DNA of 63,323 nt, counting the filler, from Octopus bimaculoides (Eukaryota), in NCBI RefSeq assembly GCF_001194135.2. It is 7 parts of 7 records of this genome, joined end to end, with 100 filler letters (N's around TTAATTAATTAA, not from the genome) between each part and the next. Parts side by side here need not be neighbours in the genome. Positions count along the whole stretch, not along the records: positions 1 to 9,580 come from NC_069005.1; positions 9,681 to 16,542 come from NC_068992.1; 5 more parts are not named here. The stretch is one strand, 5' to 3'. The first letter of the stretch is position 1; every line of letters begins with the position of its first letter. The translations under genes and the position numbers were made by a program. The notes under the pieces were generated by a model. That model made no database searches. It was not told the origin of the DNA and saw only the letters and a program-made list of their open reading frames with translations. Shown one piece after another: positions 1-11,017 of the stretch.

Positions 1-149
1 TCTAGCGGGTTAGATATCCTATTATAGGCATCTCTGTATTTTAAACGTATATATATATATATATACATATGCATATATATATAAATATATTCGCCATGAT
101 AGATTGCTGACCACTACACATATATTTTTTTCTCTCCTTGTTTCTTTCT

Positions 150-291
150 GTGTTCCTTTCTGTTGAAGAGCGTAGGCTCGAAACGTTAAGACTTTCTCTA
201 TTCCCGAGCGTTATACTAAGACATCCATTTGTTGTTTACACCACCTGTCTTCGTCTGTTGTTTTTTCGTGAATTCTCCCTATATATATATA
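150..291 (+). mobile_element. 3' end of a short repeat family with a Penelope-like (PLE) tail and a degenerate hammerhead-like motif; same family as 55770-56060
   Basis: TGTTGAAGAGCGTAGGCTCGAAACGTTAAGACTTTCTC...CCATTTGTTGTTTACACCACCTGTCTTCGTC matches the reverse complement of about 55790-55900. It ends in (AT)n. Confidence 0.55.
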
Positions 292-975
292 TATTCGTTT
301 ATATCTATATAAGGACATTACTACAGAATAGTACCACACACTAGACTTCCCAAATAAACACATTTTAGTACCGAATGCGAAGAAAGCAACCAACAGAAGA
401 AACCAACTTTCTTCTTGATAAAATTCTTGTAAAAGATTTTTATCCTTTTTTGAATTTATTAATCAAATATATACACGGAATACATTCAATGCTGAATTTT
501 ATTCCGATTTGCACACGTGTACCTAGAACAACCCAGAAGGATTCCCACTTCTTTAATGAAGATATATACAGATAAACTTCATTCCCTTTGCTTTGTCGGA
601 TACATAGAGTGTTCGTTTTGGTGAGGTGAGGATTTTGTTTATTTATATATATATTTCTTGGACTACACTATGCTGATGAACGGAAACTAGATCTCATTCT
701 AGTAATCGCGAAATCGGTCGATACATAGTTGAGTTATTTAAAAGAAAGTTGGTTTCTTCTGCTGGTTGCTTTCCTCGCATTCGGTACTAAAATGTGTTTA
801 TTTGGGAAGTCCAGTGTGTGGCACTATTCTGTAGTAATGGCCTTATATAAATATAAACGAATAATTATATTCTTGGGAATAGAAATTTCCCTTATGAATT
901 TTTTTACACACTGGCTTCCTGATAAAATTCTTGTAAAAGATTTTTATCCTTTTTTGAATTTATTAATCAAATATA
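292..975 (+). mobile_element. Non-autonomous PLE-like (retrozyme-like) element: inverted tail copy + body + hammerhead + tail + restart of the unit
   Basis: 292-413 is the reverse complement of 742-863 (about 122 bp, few mismatches). 411-472 is directly repeated at 915-975 (period 504 bp). A hammerhead motif at 661-735 lies immediately before the direct tail copy. Confidence 0.65.
661..735 (+). ncRNA. Type I hammerhead ribozyme motif; predicted cleavage after A723 (AUA)
   Basis: Stem I ACTATG(667-672)/CATAGT(724-729) is perfect. Core CTGATGA is at 673-679. Stem II contains CG...CG and ACTAG/CTAGT, with an A.C mismatch at 10.1/11.1. GAAA is at 710-713. Stem III ATCG-GT-CGAT (713-722) is self-complementary. 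Confidence 0.75.
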
Positions 976-1774
976 TATATNNNNNNNNNNNNNNNNNNNN
1001 NNNNNNNNNNNNNNNNNNNNNNNNNNNNNNNNNNNNNNNNNNNNNNNNNNNNNNNNNNNNNNNNNNNNNNNNNNNNNNNNNNNNNNNNNNNNNNNNNNNN
1101 NNNNNNNNNNNNNNNNNNNNNNNNNNNNNNNNNNNNNNNNNNNNNNNNNNNNNNNNNNNNNNNNNNNNNNNNNNNNNNNNNNNNNNNNNNNNNNNNNNNN
1201 NNNNNNNNNNNNNNNNNNNNNNNNNNNNNNNNNNNNNNNNNNNNNNNNNNNNNNNNNNNNNNNNNNNNNNNNNNNNNNNNNNNNNNNNNNNNNNNNNNNN
1301 NNNNNNNNNNNNNNNNNNNNNNNNNNNNNNNNNNNNNNNNNNNNNNNNNNNNNNNNNNNNNNNNNNNNNNNNNNNNNNNNNNNNNNNNNNNNNNNNNNNN
1401 NNNNNNNNNNNNNNNNNNNNNNNNNNNNNNNNNNNNNNNNNNNNNNNNNNNNNNNNNNNNNNNNNNNNNNNNNNNNNNNNNNNNNNNNNNNNNNNNNNNN
1501 NNNNNNNNNNNNNNNNNNNNNNNNNNNNNNNNNNNNNNNNNNNNNNNNNNNNNNNNNNNNNNNNNNNNNNNNNNNNNNNNNNNNNNNNNNNNNNNNNNNN
1601 NNNNNNNNNNNNNNNNNNNNNNNNNNNNNNNNNNNNNNNNNNNNNNNNNNNNNNNNNNNNNNNNNNNNNNNNNNNNNNNNNNNNNNNNNNNNNNNNNNNA
1701 TATACATATATATGTGTGTGTGTGTATGTATATATGTATGTATGTATGTATACATATGTGTGTATGTATATATA

Positions 1775-2596
1775 CACGGTTGGACAAAATAATGGGAACA
1801 CCTAGCACCATAGCATCATAATTTTTAAATATCTATAAAACCATCAAAAGCTTGTTTATTTTTATGTTTTTTTCTGATTTATTATTAGCGTTGCTTAATA
1901 TGTTTTGCTAAAATTGCTATTCCTTTTCAGATATTATTAGAAAATGGTAATTAAAATTCATTAAAATGACAGATCTATCAGACTTTCAAAGAGGTCAAAT
2001 TATTAGTGCTCGCATGGCAGGCGCTAACGTAACAAAAACAATAGAAATGTTTGATGCATCAAGAAGTACTGTCTCGAAAGTAATGACAGCTTTTGAGAAA
2101 GAGGGGAAAACCTTATCGTCGAAACAAAACTCTGGAAGAAAACGAAAACTTTCAAATAGAGACCGTCGGACTCTTACGCGAATTGTTAGAAAACAAAAGT
2201 ACAGCTCCCAAAATTACTGCAGAGCTTAATGACCACCTCGAGAACCCAGTTTCCACAAAAACTGTTCGCCGGGAACCGCACAAAGCCAGATTTCACGGGA
2301 GGGCTGCAATCAGAAAACCACTACTTTCAAAAACAAACGTTGCAAAGCGTTTAGAGTGGAGTAAAAACCTACAGAATTGGTCCCTAGAGCAGTGGAAGAA
2401 TGTTATTTTCTCGGACAAGTCTTCCTTTACCTTATTTTCGACCACCAGTCGAGTATACGTGTGGAGACAGCCAAAAGAAGCATTTGACCCAGACTGCCTT
2501 CTTCCAACTGTTAAACATGGAGGAGGATCTGTGATGATCGGGGGGGGGATATCTTGGAGATCCACCGGCCCAATGGTTTCCCTTCGTGGCAGAATT
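1775..2596 (+). mobile_element. Tc1/mariner DNA transposon, left TIR and frameshifted transposase; 3' part lost in gap
   Basis: TA followed by CACGGTTGGACAAAATAATGGGAACACC (Tc1-type TIR). ORF from 1966 reads MTDLSDFQRGQI...GRKRKLS, then after a frameshift near 2190 continues WKNVIFSDKSSF...TVKHGGGSVMIGG, which are Tc1 HTH and DDE-region motifs. Confidence 0.92.
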
Positions 2597-3366
2597 NNNN
2601 NNNNNNNNNNNNNNNNNNNNNNNNNNNNNNNNNNNNNNNNNNNNNNNNNNNNNNNNNNNNNNNNNNNNNNNNNNNNNNNNNNNNNNNNNNNNNNNNNNNN
2701 NNNNNNNNNNNNNNNNNNNNNNNNNNNNNNNNNNNNNNNNNNNNNNNNNNNNNNNNNNNNNNNNNNNNNNNNNNNNNNNNNNNNNNNNNNNNNNNNNNNN
2801 NNNNNNNNNNNNNNNNNNNNNNNNNNNNNNNNNNNNNNNNNNNNNNNNNNNNNNNNNNNNNNNNNNNNNNNNNNNNNNNNNNNNNNNNNNNNNNNNNNNN
2901 NNNNNNNNNNNNNNNNNNNNNNNNNNNNNNNNNNNNNNNNNNNNNNNNNNNNNNNNNNNNNNNNNNNNNNNNNNNNNNNNNNNNNNNNNNNNNNNNNNNN
3001 NNNNNNNNNNNNNNNNNNNNNNNNNNNNNNNNNNNNNNNNNNNNNNNNNNNNNNNNNNNNNNNNNNNNNNNNNNNNNNNNNNNNNNNNNNNNNNNNNNNN
3101 NNNNNNNNNNNNNNNNNNNNNNNNNNNNNNNNNNNNNNNNNNNNNNNNNNNNNNNNNNNNNNNNNNNNNNNNNNNNNNNNNNNNNNNNNNNNNNNNNNNN
3201 NNNNNNNNNNNNNNNNNNNNNNNNNNNNNNNNNNNNNNNNNNNNNNNNNNNNNNNNNNNNNNNNNNNNNNNNNNNNNNNNNNNNNNNNNNNNNNNNNNNN
3301 NNNNNNNNNNNNNNNNNNNNNNNNNNNNNNNNNNNNNNNNNNNNNNNNNNNNNNNNNNNNNNNNNN

Positions 3367-3508
3367 ACAACCCACAAGCCATAGCGGGAGCAGATTAACG
3401 TGACGTCCTTTAGTTGGTGAATTTGTGAACTTTAAGCGATAATGTAACAGATCTGCGAACATTGACGCGCACCTCCTTCGGAGGAGAAGCTTTGAGTTCG
3501 GAAATCGG
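3367..3508. repeat. 142-bp sequence duplicated at 5323-5464
   Basis: Direct comparison shows identity except one T/G substitution (GTCCTT[T/G]AGTTGG). This copy begins at a gap edge. Confidence 0.9.
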
Positions 3509-4151
3509 CATTTCTTATATTTTTCTCCTCTCCTGAATAAAGTCAGATTTTCATTTTCATTTGTTGAGTATGACAGCGACACGAGTCAGTTGTATCTAAA
3601 CCAAGTTGCTATGTCTCATGAAGGAAGGAAAGCTCTGGGTAAAATGTTTCCTATGAAGGGAAGGTATGAATGTGTATTTAAACGTATATCGTGTAGTCGA
3701 AGGCTTCAGGTTTCATGCCAATACTTTTTTTTCATCATTTGCTATATATATACTAAATGCATGACCTAAATATACATATATGTTCAATCAACTGTATATG
3801 TTGCCGGCTGGAGAACATAATTATTCAAATTAAAATTGAATATTAATTTAAGTAACATCAATTTAAAACCAGTGGCCTAGCATATAAAAAAATCTGAAAA
3901 TTTAGAAAAATTTAGAACGATTGTACTCATGAACCACGGACGTTTTTACGTAAGTAAAAAAGTTGATGGGGAAACCGGTATACAATTAATTCTTTATTTT
4001 GTATATTTTTCATTTGTCTTGCCCGCTTTTGTTCTGGTGTTTGCGGAATATTTTTCTGGAAAACATTATTTTTCTTTGTGGTTGGGTCGTTGATGATCTC
4101 TTTCTAGCATACCGGATGTCCACTTAGTGGTCATCCCTTCTTATACGCATG

Positions 4152-4197
<46 letters not shown>

Positions 4198-4829
4198 NNN
4201 NNNNNNNNNNNNNNNNNNNNNNNNNNNNNNNNNNNNNNNNNNNNNNNNNNNNNNNNNNNNNNNNNNNNNNNNNNNNNNNNNNNNNNNNNNNNNNNNNNNN
4301 NNNNNNNNNNNNNNNNNNNNNNNNNNNNNNNNNNNNNNNNNNNNNNNNNNNNNNNNNNNNNNNNNNNNNNNNNNNNNNNNNNNNNNNNNNNNNNNNNNNN
4401 NNNNNNNNNNNNNNNNNNNNNNNNNNNNNNNNNNNNNNNNNNNNNNNNNNNNNNNNNNNNNNNNNNNNNNNNNNNNNNNNNNNNNNNNNNNNNNNNNNNN
4501 NNNNNNNNNNNNNNNNNNNNNNNNNNNNNNNNNNNNNNNNNNNNNNNNNNNNNNNNNNNNNNNNNNNNNNNNNNNNNNNNNNNNNNNNNNNNNNNNNNNN
4601 NNNNNNNNNNNNNNNNNNNNNNNNNNNNNNNNNNNNNNNNNNNNNNNNNNNNNNNNNNNNNNNNNNNNNNNNNNNNNNNNNNNNNNNNNNNNNNNNNNNN
4701 NNNNNNNNNNNNNNNNNNNNNNNNNNNNTGTGTGTGTGTGTGTGTGTGTGTGTGTGTCATCCCATAAGTTCCGTCCGAATTTTGAATACAGAAAACAAGT
4801 GATCAAATGTTATATTTAATTGAAATCTG

Positions 4830-5240
4830 ATCATCTACACCAACAAATCCGGCCCCACCTGCGAGCACAAAAGAAGCTCCCAAGGAACACCAGGCACCTA
4901 TAAACAACATCAATTTTATGGATCTACAAGAGGACCCGACTAATGGTACTACTAACTCTGATTGGAAGGAAGTCAAAACAAAAAGAAGAAAACGTAAAAA
5001 CTCTTCCCCAACTCTACACCGCTGACAAGTAGCCCGCTGCAAGCTCACACATCTCTTATACCCAAGCACCACAAACAACTGCACCACAATTACAAAACAC
5101 TATCACCAACATCACAGCCATTAACACCAACAACGCACAAATACTAGAACACGCAAGCAAAAACCCCTGTATCACCCCATTCACACTCACAAGTCCCTGC
5201 CCACATAAAATTCTTCCACGTTGACAATCACACATATATA
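4830..5240 (+). pseudogene. Probable LINE ORF1 (gag-like) N-terminal remnant
   Basis: Pro/Thr-rich frame SSTPTNPAPPASTKE...NSDWKEVKTKRRKRKNSSP. A W-x-x-V followed by a basic cluster is common in LINE ORF1 proteins. Stops and frameshifts follow. Confidence 0.4.
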
Positions 5241-5322
5241 GAATTAAAGGATTAATTTCCTGATAGCATCGGAACGCTACAACTTTCATTTACAAATCAT
5301 TTATACTGTAACTTAATTAGAA

Positions 5323-5464
5323 ACAACCCACAAGCCATAGCGGGAGCAGATTAACGTGACGTCCTTGAGTTGGTGAATTTGTGAACTTTAAGCGATAATG
5401 TAACAGATCTGCGAACATTGACGCGCACCTCCTTCGGAGGAGAAGCTTTGAGTTCGGAAATCGG
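5323..5464. repeat. Second copy of the 142-bp sequence, abutting the 5' end of the Tx1-like LINE
   Basis: Near-identical to 3367-3508. The junction has a duplicated TCGGAAA (TCGGAAATCGGAAATCGG). Confidence 0.9.
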
Positions 5465-8400
5465 AAATCGGATCATACCAAAAGAAGGGTGCTTTGCATT
5501 TTTTTGAGAGCCAAAACATATAAAATCTACTTCTTTGCAATATACCCACTGTTTGGAAGAAAAATAACCTCTTATTAGAAGTGAATGGGGCTTGAGGCAC
5601 TATTTAATAGTAATTATGGACAGTCAAGGGGAGCTGCCATCTTGTTTTCTAATAATATTGATTATAAGGTATATGACAGTTTCAGGGATGGCAAAGGCAA
5701 TCTCCTGATGTTGAGTATTACTATTCGTGAGAGAAGGATAACTTTAGTTAACTTATATGGTCCAAATGCAGATGAACCGCAGTTTTATGCTGTGGTGATG
5801 GGTAAAATCAAAACTTTTGGAAAATCCCATTGTATTATAGCTGGGGATTTTAATCTTTGTTTGCAGCAGTTTTTAGACAATTCTAATTATCAACATATAA
5901 ACAATCCTAACGCTAGAAAGCAAGTGATCTATATAATAGGGGACCTCGACCTTGTAGATATTTGGAGAGATCATAACCCAGAAACACAAGGCTATACATG
6001 GAGACGTTCAAAGCTTATTAGACAAGCAAGGTTAGATTTCTTTCTGGTGTCACAGAATTTGTATTCATTTATTTGCCTGTCTTCTGTAAAGGTTAGGTGC
6101 AGATCAAACCATTCTCATGTAGACATCAAAATAAAATTTTCCAAGAAAGACGACCGTAAAAGTACATTTAACAACTCCCGATTAAGGGATCTAAAATACG
6201 TCTCATTGTCAAGCAATGAGACCTGGTAGGGATATTAGTACAGTTAATATGCCTGAGATTGAATTTATTGTAAGTGATCACTTGTTTTGGGGAACTCTAT
6301 TAATGGAAATTAGAGGAAAATCAATTTCATACCTCTTCATTTTAAAAAATCTAGAGTAAAAAAAAAACAAGAACTACTAGATACTAGCGACTGGAAACCA
6401 ATTTTGTAGAAATTTAAAAAACTGGAGGAAAAAAGAAAAGAATTAGAAGAGATTCGTAAAGCAAAAACGGAAGGCATTATAATTTGCTCAAGAGCCAAGT
6501 GGATAGATGAGGGGGAGAAGGTTAGTATTTATTTTTGCAATTTAGAAAATATGAATTTTGTAAGCAAAGACATGGCCCAGTTAGAGCTAGACAATAGATC
6601 TACTGTAGGAAATACAAAGGATATTGTCCTCGAAGCAACATCATTTTACAAAAGATTGTATTCTTCCAAGGAGCGTGTGTTAAAAGATTTTGACCTCGAT
6701 TAACTTTTTTTCTGAAGGGGACTTGTATAGGCTTAGTAAGGGAGAGTCTGACTCATTGGAAGGCCCAGTAACTCACGGCGAACTTTTGAAATGTTTGAAA
6801 AAGGCAAAGAACAATAAAAGTCCAGGTTCAGATGGGTTCACCTATGAATTTTATAAATTCTTTCGGAAAGATTTATCTCCGATCTTGTTGAGGTCATTCA
6901 AATATAGCTTTGCTAAGGGTTATCTGCCAGTAACACAGAGGCATGGTATTATTACTTGTATTCCAATAGGAGATAAGCCCAAGCGTTTCTTGAAGAACTA
7001 GAGACCTATTTCACTTCTCAATACTGCCTACATATTTCTCTCATCTGTTATTGCTGAGAGATTCAAAAGTATCCTTCCAAAGTTGGTTTAGTACTGATCA
7101 AACCGGATTCATATCTAACAGATACATCGGTGATAACATAAGACTGATATACGATTTGATGAACCACACAGAATCAAATGTTATACCGGGAATGTTGTTT
7201 TTAATAGATTTTGAGAAGGCATTTGATTCTGTTTCATGGTAATTTATAAACAAGACATTAGTTTTCTTGGTTTGGGTGATGACATCTGTAAGTGGTTCAA
7301 TATTCTTTACGATGGTGCTAGATCTTATCTGATTATTAATGGTACGTTGTTTCCTTGGTTTTCTGTTGAGCAGGACTGTTGACAGGGTGATCCTCTCTCT
7401 CCATATATTTTCATCCTCAGTGTCGAGGTCTTGGCTGGTCTTATAAAAAAGAACAGAGATATTAAAGGAAATACAGTTGATAATAGGGAGAGTCTGTTGA
7501 CGCAGTATGCAGACGATACAGAGTTCATTTTAGATGGTTCACAACAGTCTTTTGAAGCTAGTGTTGACACTTTGAACTTTTACGCTGATATATCCGGACT
7601 TAAAATTAACTATGATAAGTCTCAGGTGATATGGATAGGTGCAAGAAAGGGCATCCTAGTCAGATAATTACCTAATCTAAATATACAATGGAACCCAGAT
7701 CACTTCAAGCTTCTGGGTGTACAATTTTCAATAGATTTAAAGGTTATGGTTCAAAAAAGAATTTTGAAAATAAATTATTTGAGATTCAAGTAATAATCAA
7801 CAGATGAATGGAAAGAATAATTACACCACCTGGTAGAATTTCTGTTATAAAGTCACTGCTCATTTCAAAATTGAACTCTCTCTTCCTTGCTCTCCCAAAT
7901 CCACCGGGTATATTTCTCCAGAAATTAAACAAAATATTATTTAAATTTCTCTAAAGTGGAAAAACTGATAAAATTAAGAGAGGTATTGCTTGTTAAAGAA
8001 GGTAGACTTGGTATGGTTGAAGCTTCTGCTTATGTCAGCTCTTTAAATCTATCCTGAAAGTTGTTAGATATTAATTATGAATCCAAAGGGAAACACATGT
8101 GCTATGCCTCCTCTCCAAAACTGAAACATTTAGCTGTATTTGGGGACGTTTTTTCCGAGTAAACTCACCAGGGATATCAATAATGATTTTTTGCAAGATT
8201 GTATTTCTGCTTTTGATAAGTTTACAAATAAGACAGAGCCTAATTCATTTGAATTCATAACACTTTACTATTAGTAAACACTTATAAGTCGGTAAAGAGG
8301 TAATCTTTTTTTCTGTGTGGTTTGAGAGAGGTGTTAGTCAGATTCGTGATTTTATCAACTTAGATGGATAATATTGCACCCTTGAAGAATTCCAGAATGC

Positions 8401-9375
8401 TTTTGAACTAGATACAAATTTTGCTCAGTATAGTGGTCTTATCAGGGCCATTAAAGGCAAAGTTGAAAATAAACAGACCTACTTCTTTTCAACAAATAGA
8501 TGATAATACAGACATGGGCCTTTCCGAAGGCCCATGTCTGTTAAGAAAGGAGCCAAACAGTATTACCATGTCTTAAGCACAGTTGATGTTTGTTTAAAAT
8601 TCAAACATAAATGTGAAGAGTGTTGAACTGGAATGGGAAGAAAATACTTGTACTACCAGTAAAGACGACAACAGATACTAAATTACGATGGTTTCAGTTC
8701 AGAATTATACAGATTATTATTTTAACAATTAATTCTCTCCTATTTAAGATCAAATTAGCTGAAAGCAACCTGTGCAACGTGAAGTAGAGACAATATCACA
8801 CCTGTTTTGGTATTGTGAACACGTACAAGCCTCTTGGCAATGCTTCCTAGATCTGCTACATGAAAAATGCCTACATGTTCGCAACATGAACTTTGACCCA
8901 CAACTTATTGTGTTCGGGTTAAGAAAGAATACATATACTGATGTGATATTGACCTGCTACTATTACAGGCAAATTTTTTTTTTTAAATAAAAGCAAAGTA
9001 TCAAAAACTACCCTTAGTCTCAAACACTTTAGATATTTTGTTCAGGACGGGTATCTTATTGAAAAAGACATACTTTACAATAAAAGTAAGCAAGATGAGC
9101 TTTATAAAAAGTGGATACTCTACCAGGAGTTTCCAAATGGAACCACAAGAGCATATTATAACTGCATTAAAATTTTATGAGTGATTGGCGAGTGAATGTG
9201 TAGTAGTATGTAATCTTTTTTTTTATTTTATTCTTTCTTTCTTCTTTTTTTCGCTTCTCTTTTTTAAGAAAAACGTCCCGTACTCCTTTATTTTTATACA
9301 AGACTTCACATTCCCCGGGCTGTGCTGTCTTCAATTATAACAGGGAAAACAGGAAATGATAATTAGAAAAAAAAA
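5465..9375 (+). mobile_element. L1/Tx1-clade non-LTR retrotransposon, decayed ORF2 (APE-RT-CCHC) plus 3' UTR
   Basis: APE motifs: SRGAAILF, NLYGPNAD, IIAGDFN, YTW...ARLDFFLVS, SNHS. RT motifs: KSPGSDGF, DQTGFI, LIDFEKAFDSVSW, QGDPLSPYIF (7383), QYADDT (YADD 7506-7517). C-terminal C..ETISHLFWYC at about 8764-8820. Many stops and frameshifts. The 3' boundary is approximate. Confidence 0.93.
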
Positions 9376-9518
9376 CGTCTGTATGTAAACGTATATAAAG
9401 TTCGACTTAAACAGAATAGAAATGATATCACCTGCTCAAGTTCAAATCTCTTGAGTACTGCGAAGTGTATTCTACACAGAGAACACCAGTCTCTAATCTA
9501 CATACATATATACATAAA

Positions 9519-9580
<62 letters not shown>

Positions 9581-9879
9581 NNNNNNNNNNNNNNNNNNNN
9601 NNNNNNNNNNNNNNNNNNNNNNNNTTAATTAATTAANNNNNNNNNNNNNNNNNNNNNNNNNNNNNNNNNNNNNNNNNNNNAAATTAGTTCGTTATTGATT
9701 TAGTAAATTTCTATAAAAAAATCTAGATGTCATTGTAAGTGAAAAGTGTCAACTGTCTCGACTAGTTGCTCTCGTGAAGGAAATTTCGTCAGATGACGTC
9801 ACCTTAGACTTCATTGTTTCATCCAATGAAAATTTATCATTGAGTTGAAGTGGGTTGAGAAACACGCCCCCCCCCCACA

Positions 9880-10418
9880 AACAAACAAACACATACATAC
9901 ATGTATTCAAGCGTACATACAAGCATGCATACATACGTACGTGTGGGCTTACATATATTTATATCCTTACACACATTACCGTACATACTTGTACACTTGC
10001 ATATGCATATATACATACGTACAAACATACCTGCATACATCCAAACATACGTATATGTGTATATGTATAGATATGTATGAATATATATATATGTACATAT
10101 ATATATATAAATATCTATGTATATATGCATATACATGCATATATGTATGTATACTTGTATATACTTATATATATATGTATATATATACATAATATATATA
10201 TATATATATATTATATAAATAATATATATACATATACATAGATATTATATATATATGTATAAATATACATAATATATATAATATATATATATTATGTATA
10301 TATATACATACATATATATTATATACATTTATATNNNNNNNNNNNNNNNNNNNNNNNNNNNNNNNNNNNNNNNNNNNNNNNNNNNNNNNNNNNNNNNNNN
10401 NNNNNNNNNNNNNNNNNN

Positions 10419-10452
<34 letters not shown>

Positions 10453-10500
10453 TATATACCTATATATACATACATATATATATGTATGTATATATATGTA
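9880..10500. repeat. Degenerate (CATA)/(TA) low-complexity microsatellite block
   Basis: Mixed TATA/CATA/TATG runs interrupted by a gap; source of several spurious ORFs. Confidence 0.85.
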
Positions 10501-11017
10501 TGGCATAAGCGACTTATAATGAAACCATCTTGGGAAATTCGGTACATGGGTGAATCAATGAGAGAAGACTAGGTGAGGCTAATATGCGATGTTAGCTTTC
10601 GTTACTGTTTTGTCGATCAACAAATCTCGAGACCCCTATGTATAGTGGGGTGGGGTCATGGTCAGTCCTACAACCCAATTGGCCAGCACTTATTTGAAAA
10701 CAATGGCGTGGTTCTGGTTTGTTGATAGCTATCGTTCAAATGAATGGCCAGCAGGGAGAAGTAAACGAACAAAATAAAACTAATAAAACAAATAAAACAA
10801 GTAAAACAACTAAAACTATGAGAAAAGAATCATACAGAACAAAATAAGAAAAGAATATAAACACATAGACATATAAGTAAATAAATAAGTAGACTAATAA
10901 ATAACTGAGGTGAAATTACGTACGAATGTATATAACAATGACAGTAACAATACAATTTTAACAATGATAATGACAACAGCATTAATATATTCCTGAAAAC
11001 TTTCTGTCCTAGTCTTT

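Noticed and set aside
9625-9636. TTAATTAATTAA islands inside N runs (also 16587, 34296, 39844, 53152, 61879)
   Set aside because: Each is flanked by exactly 44 N on both sides (100 bp total) and encodes stops in all six frames. This is an assembly gap spacer, not biology.
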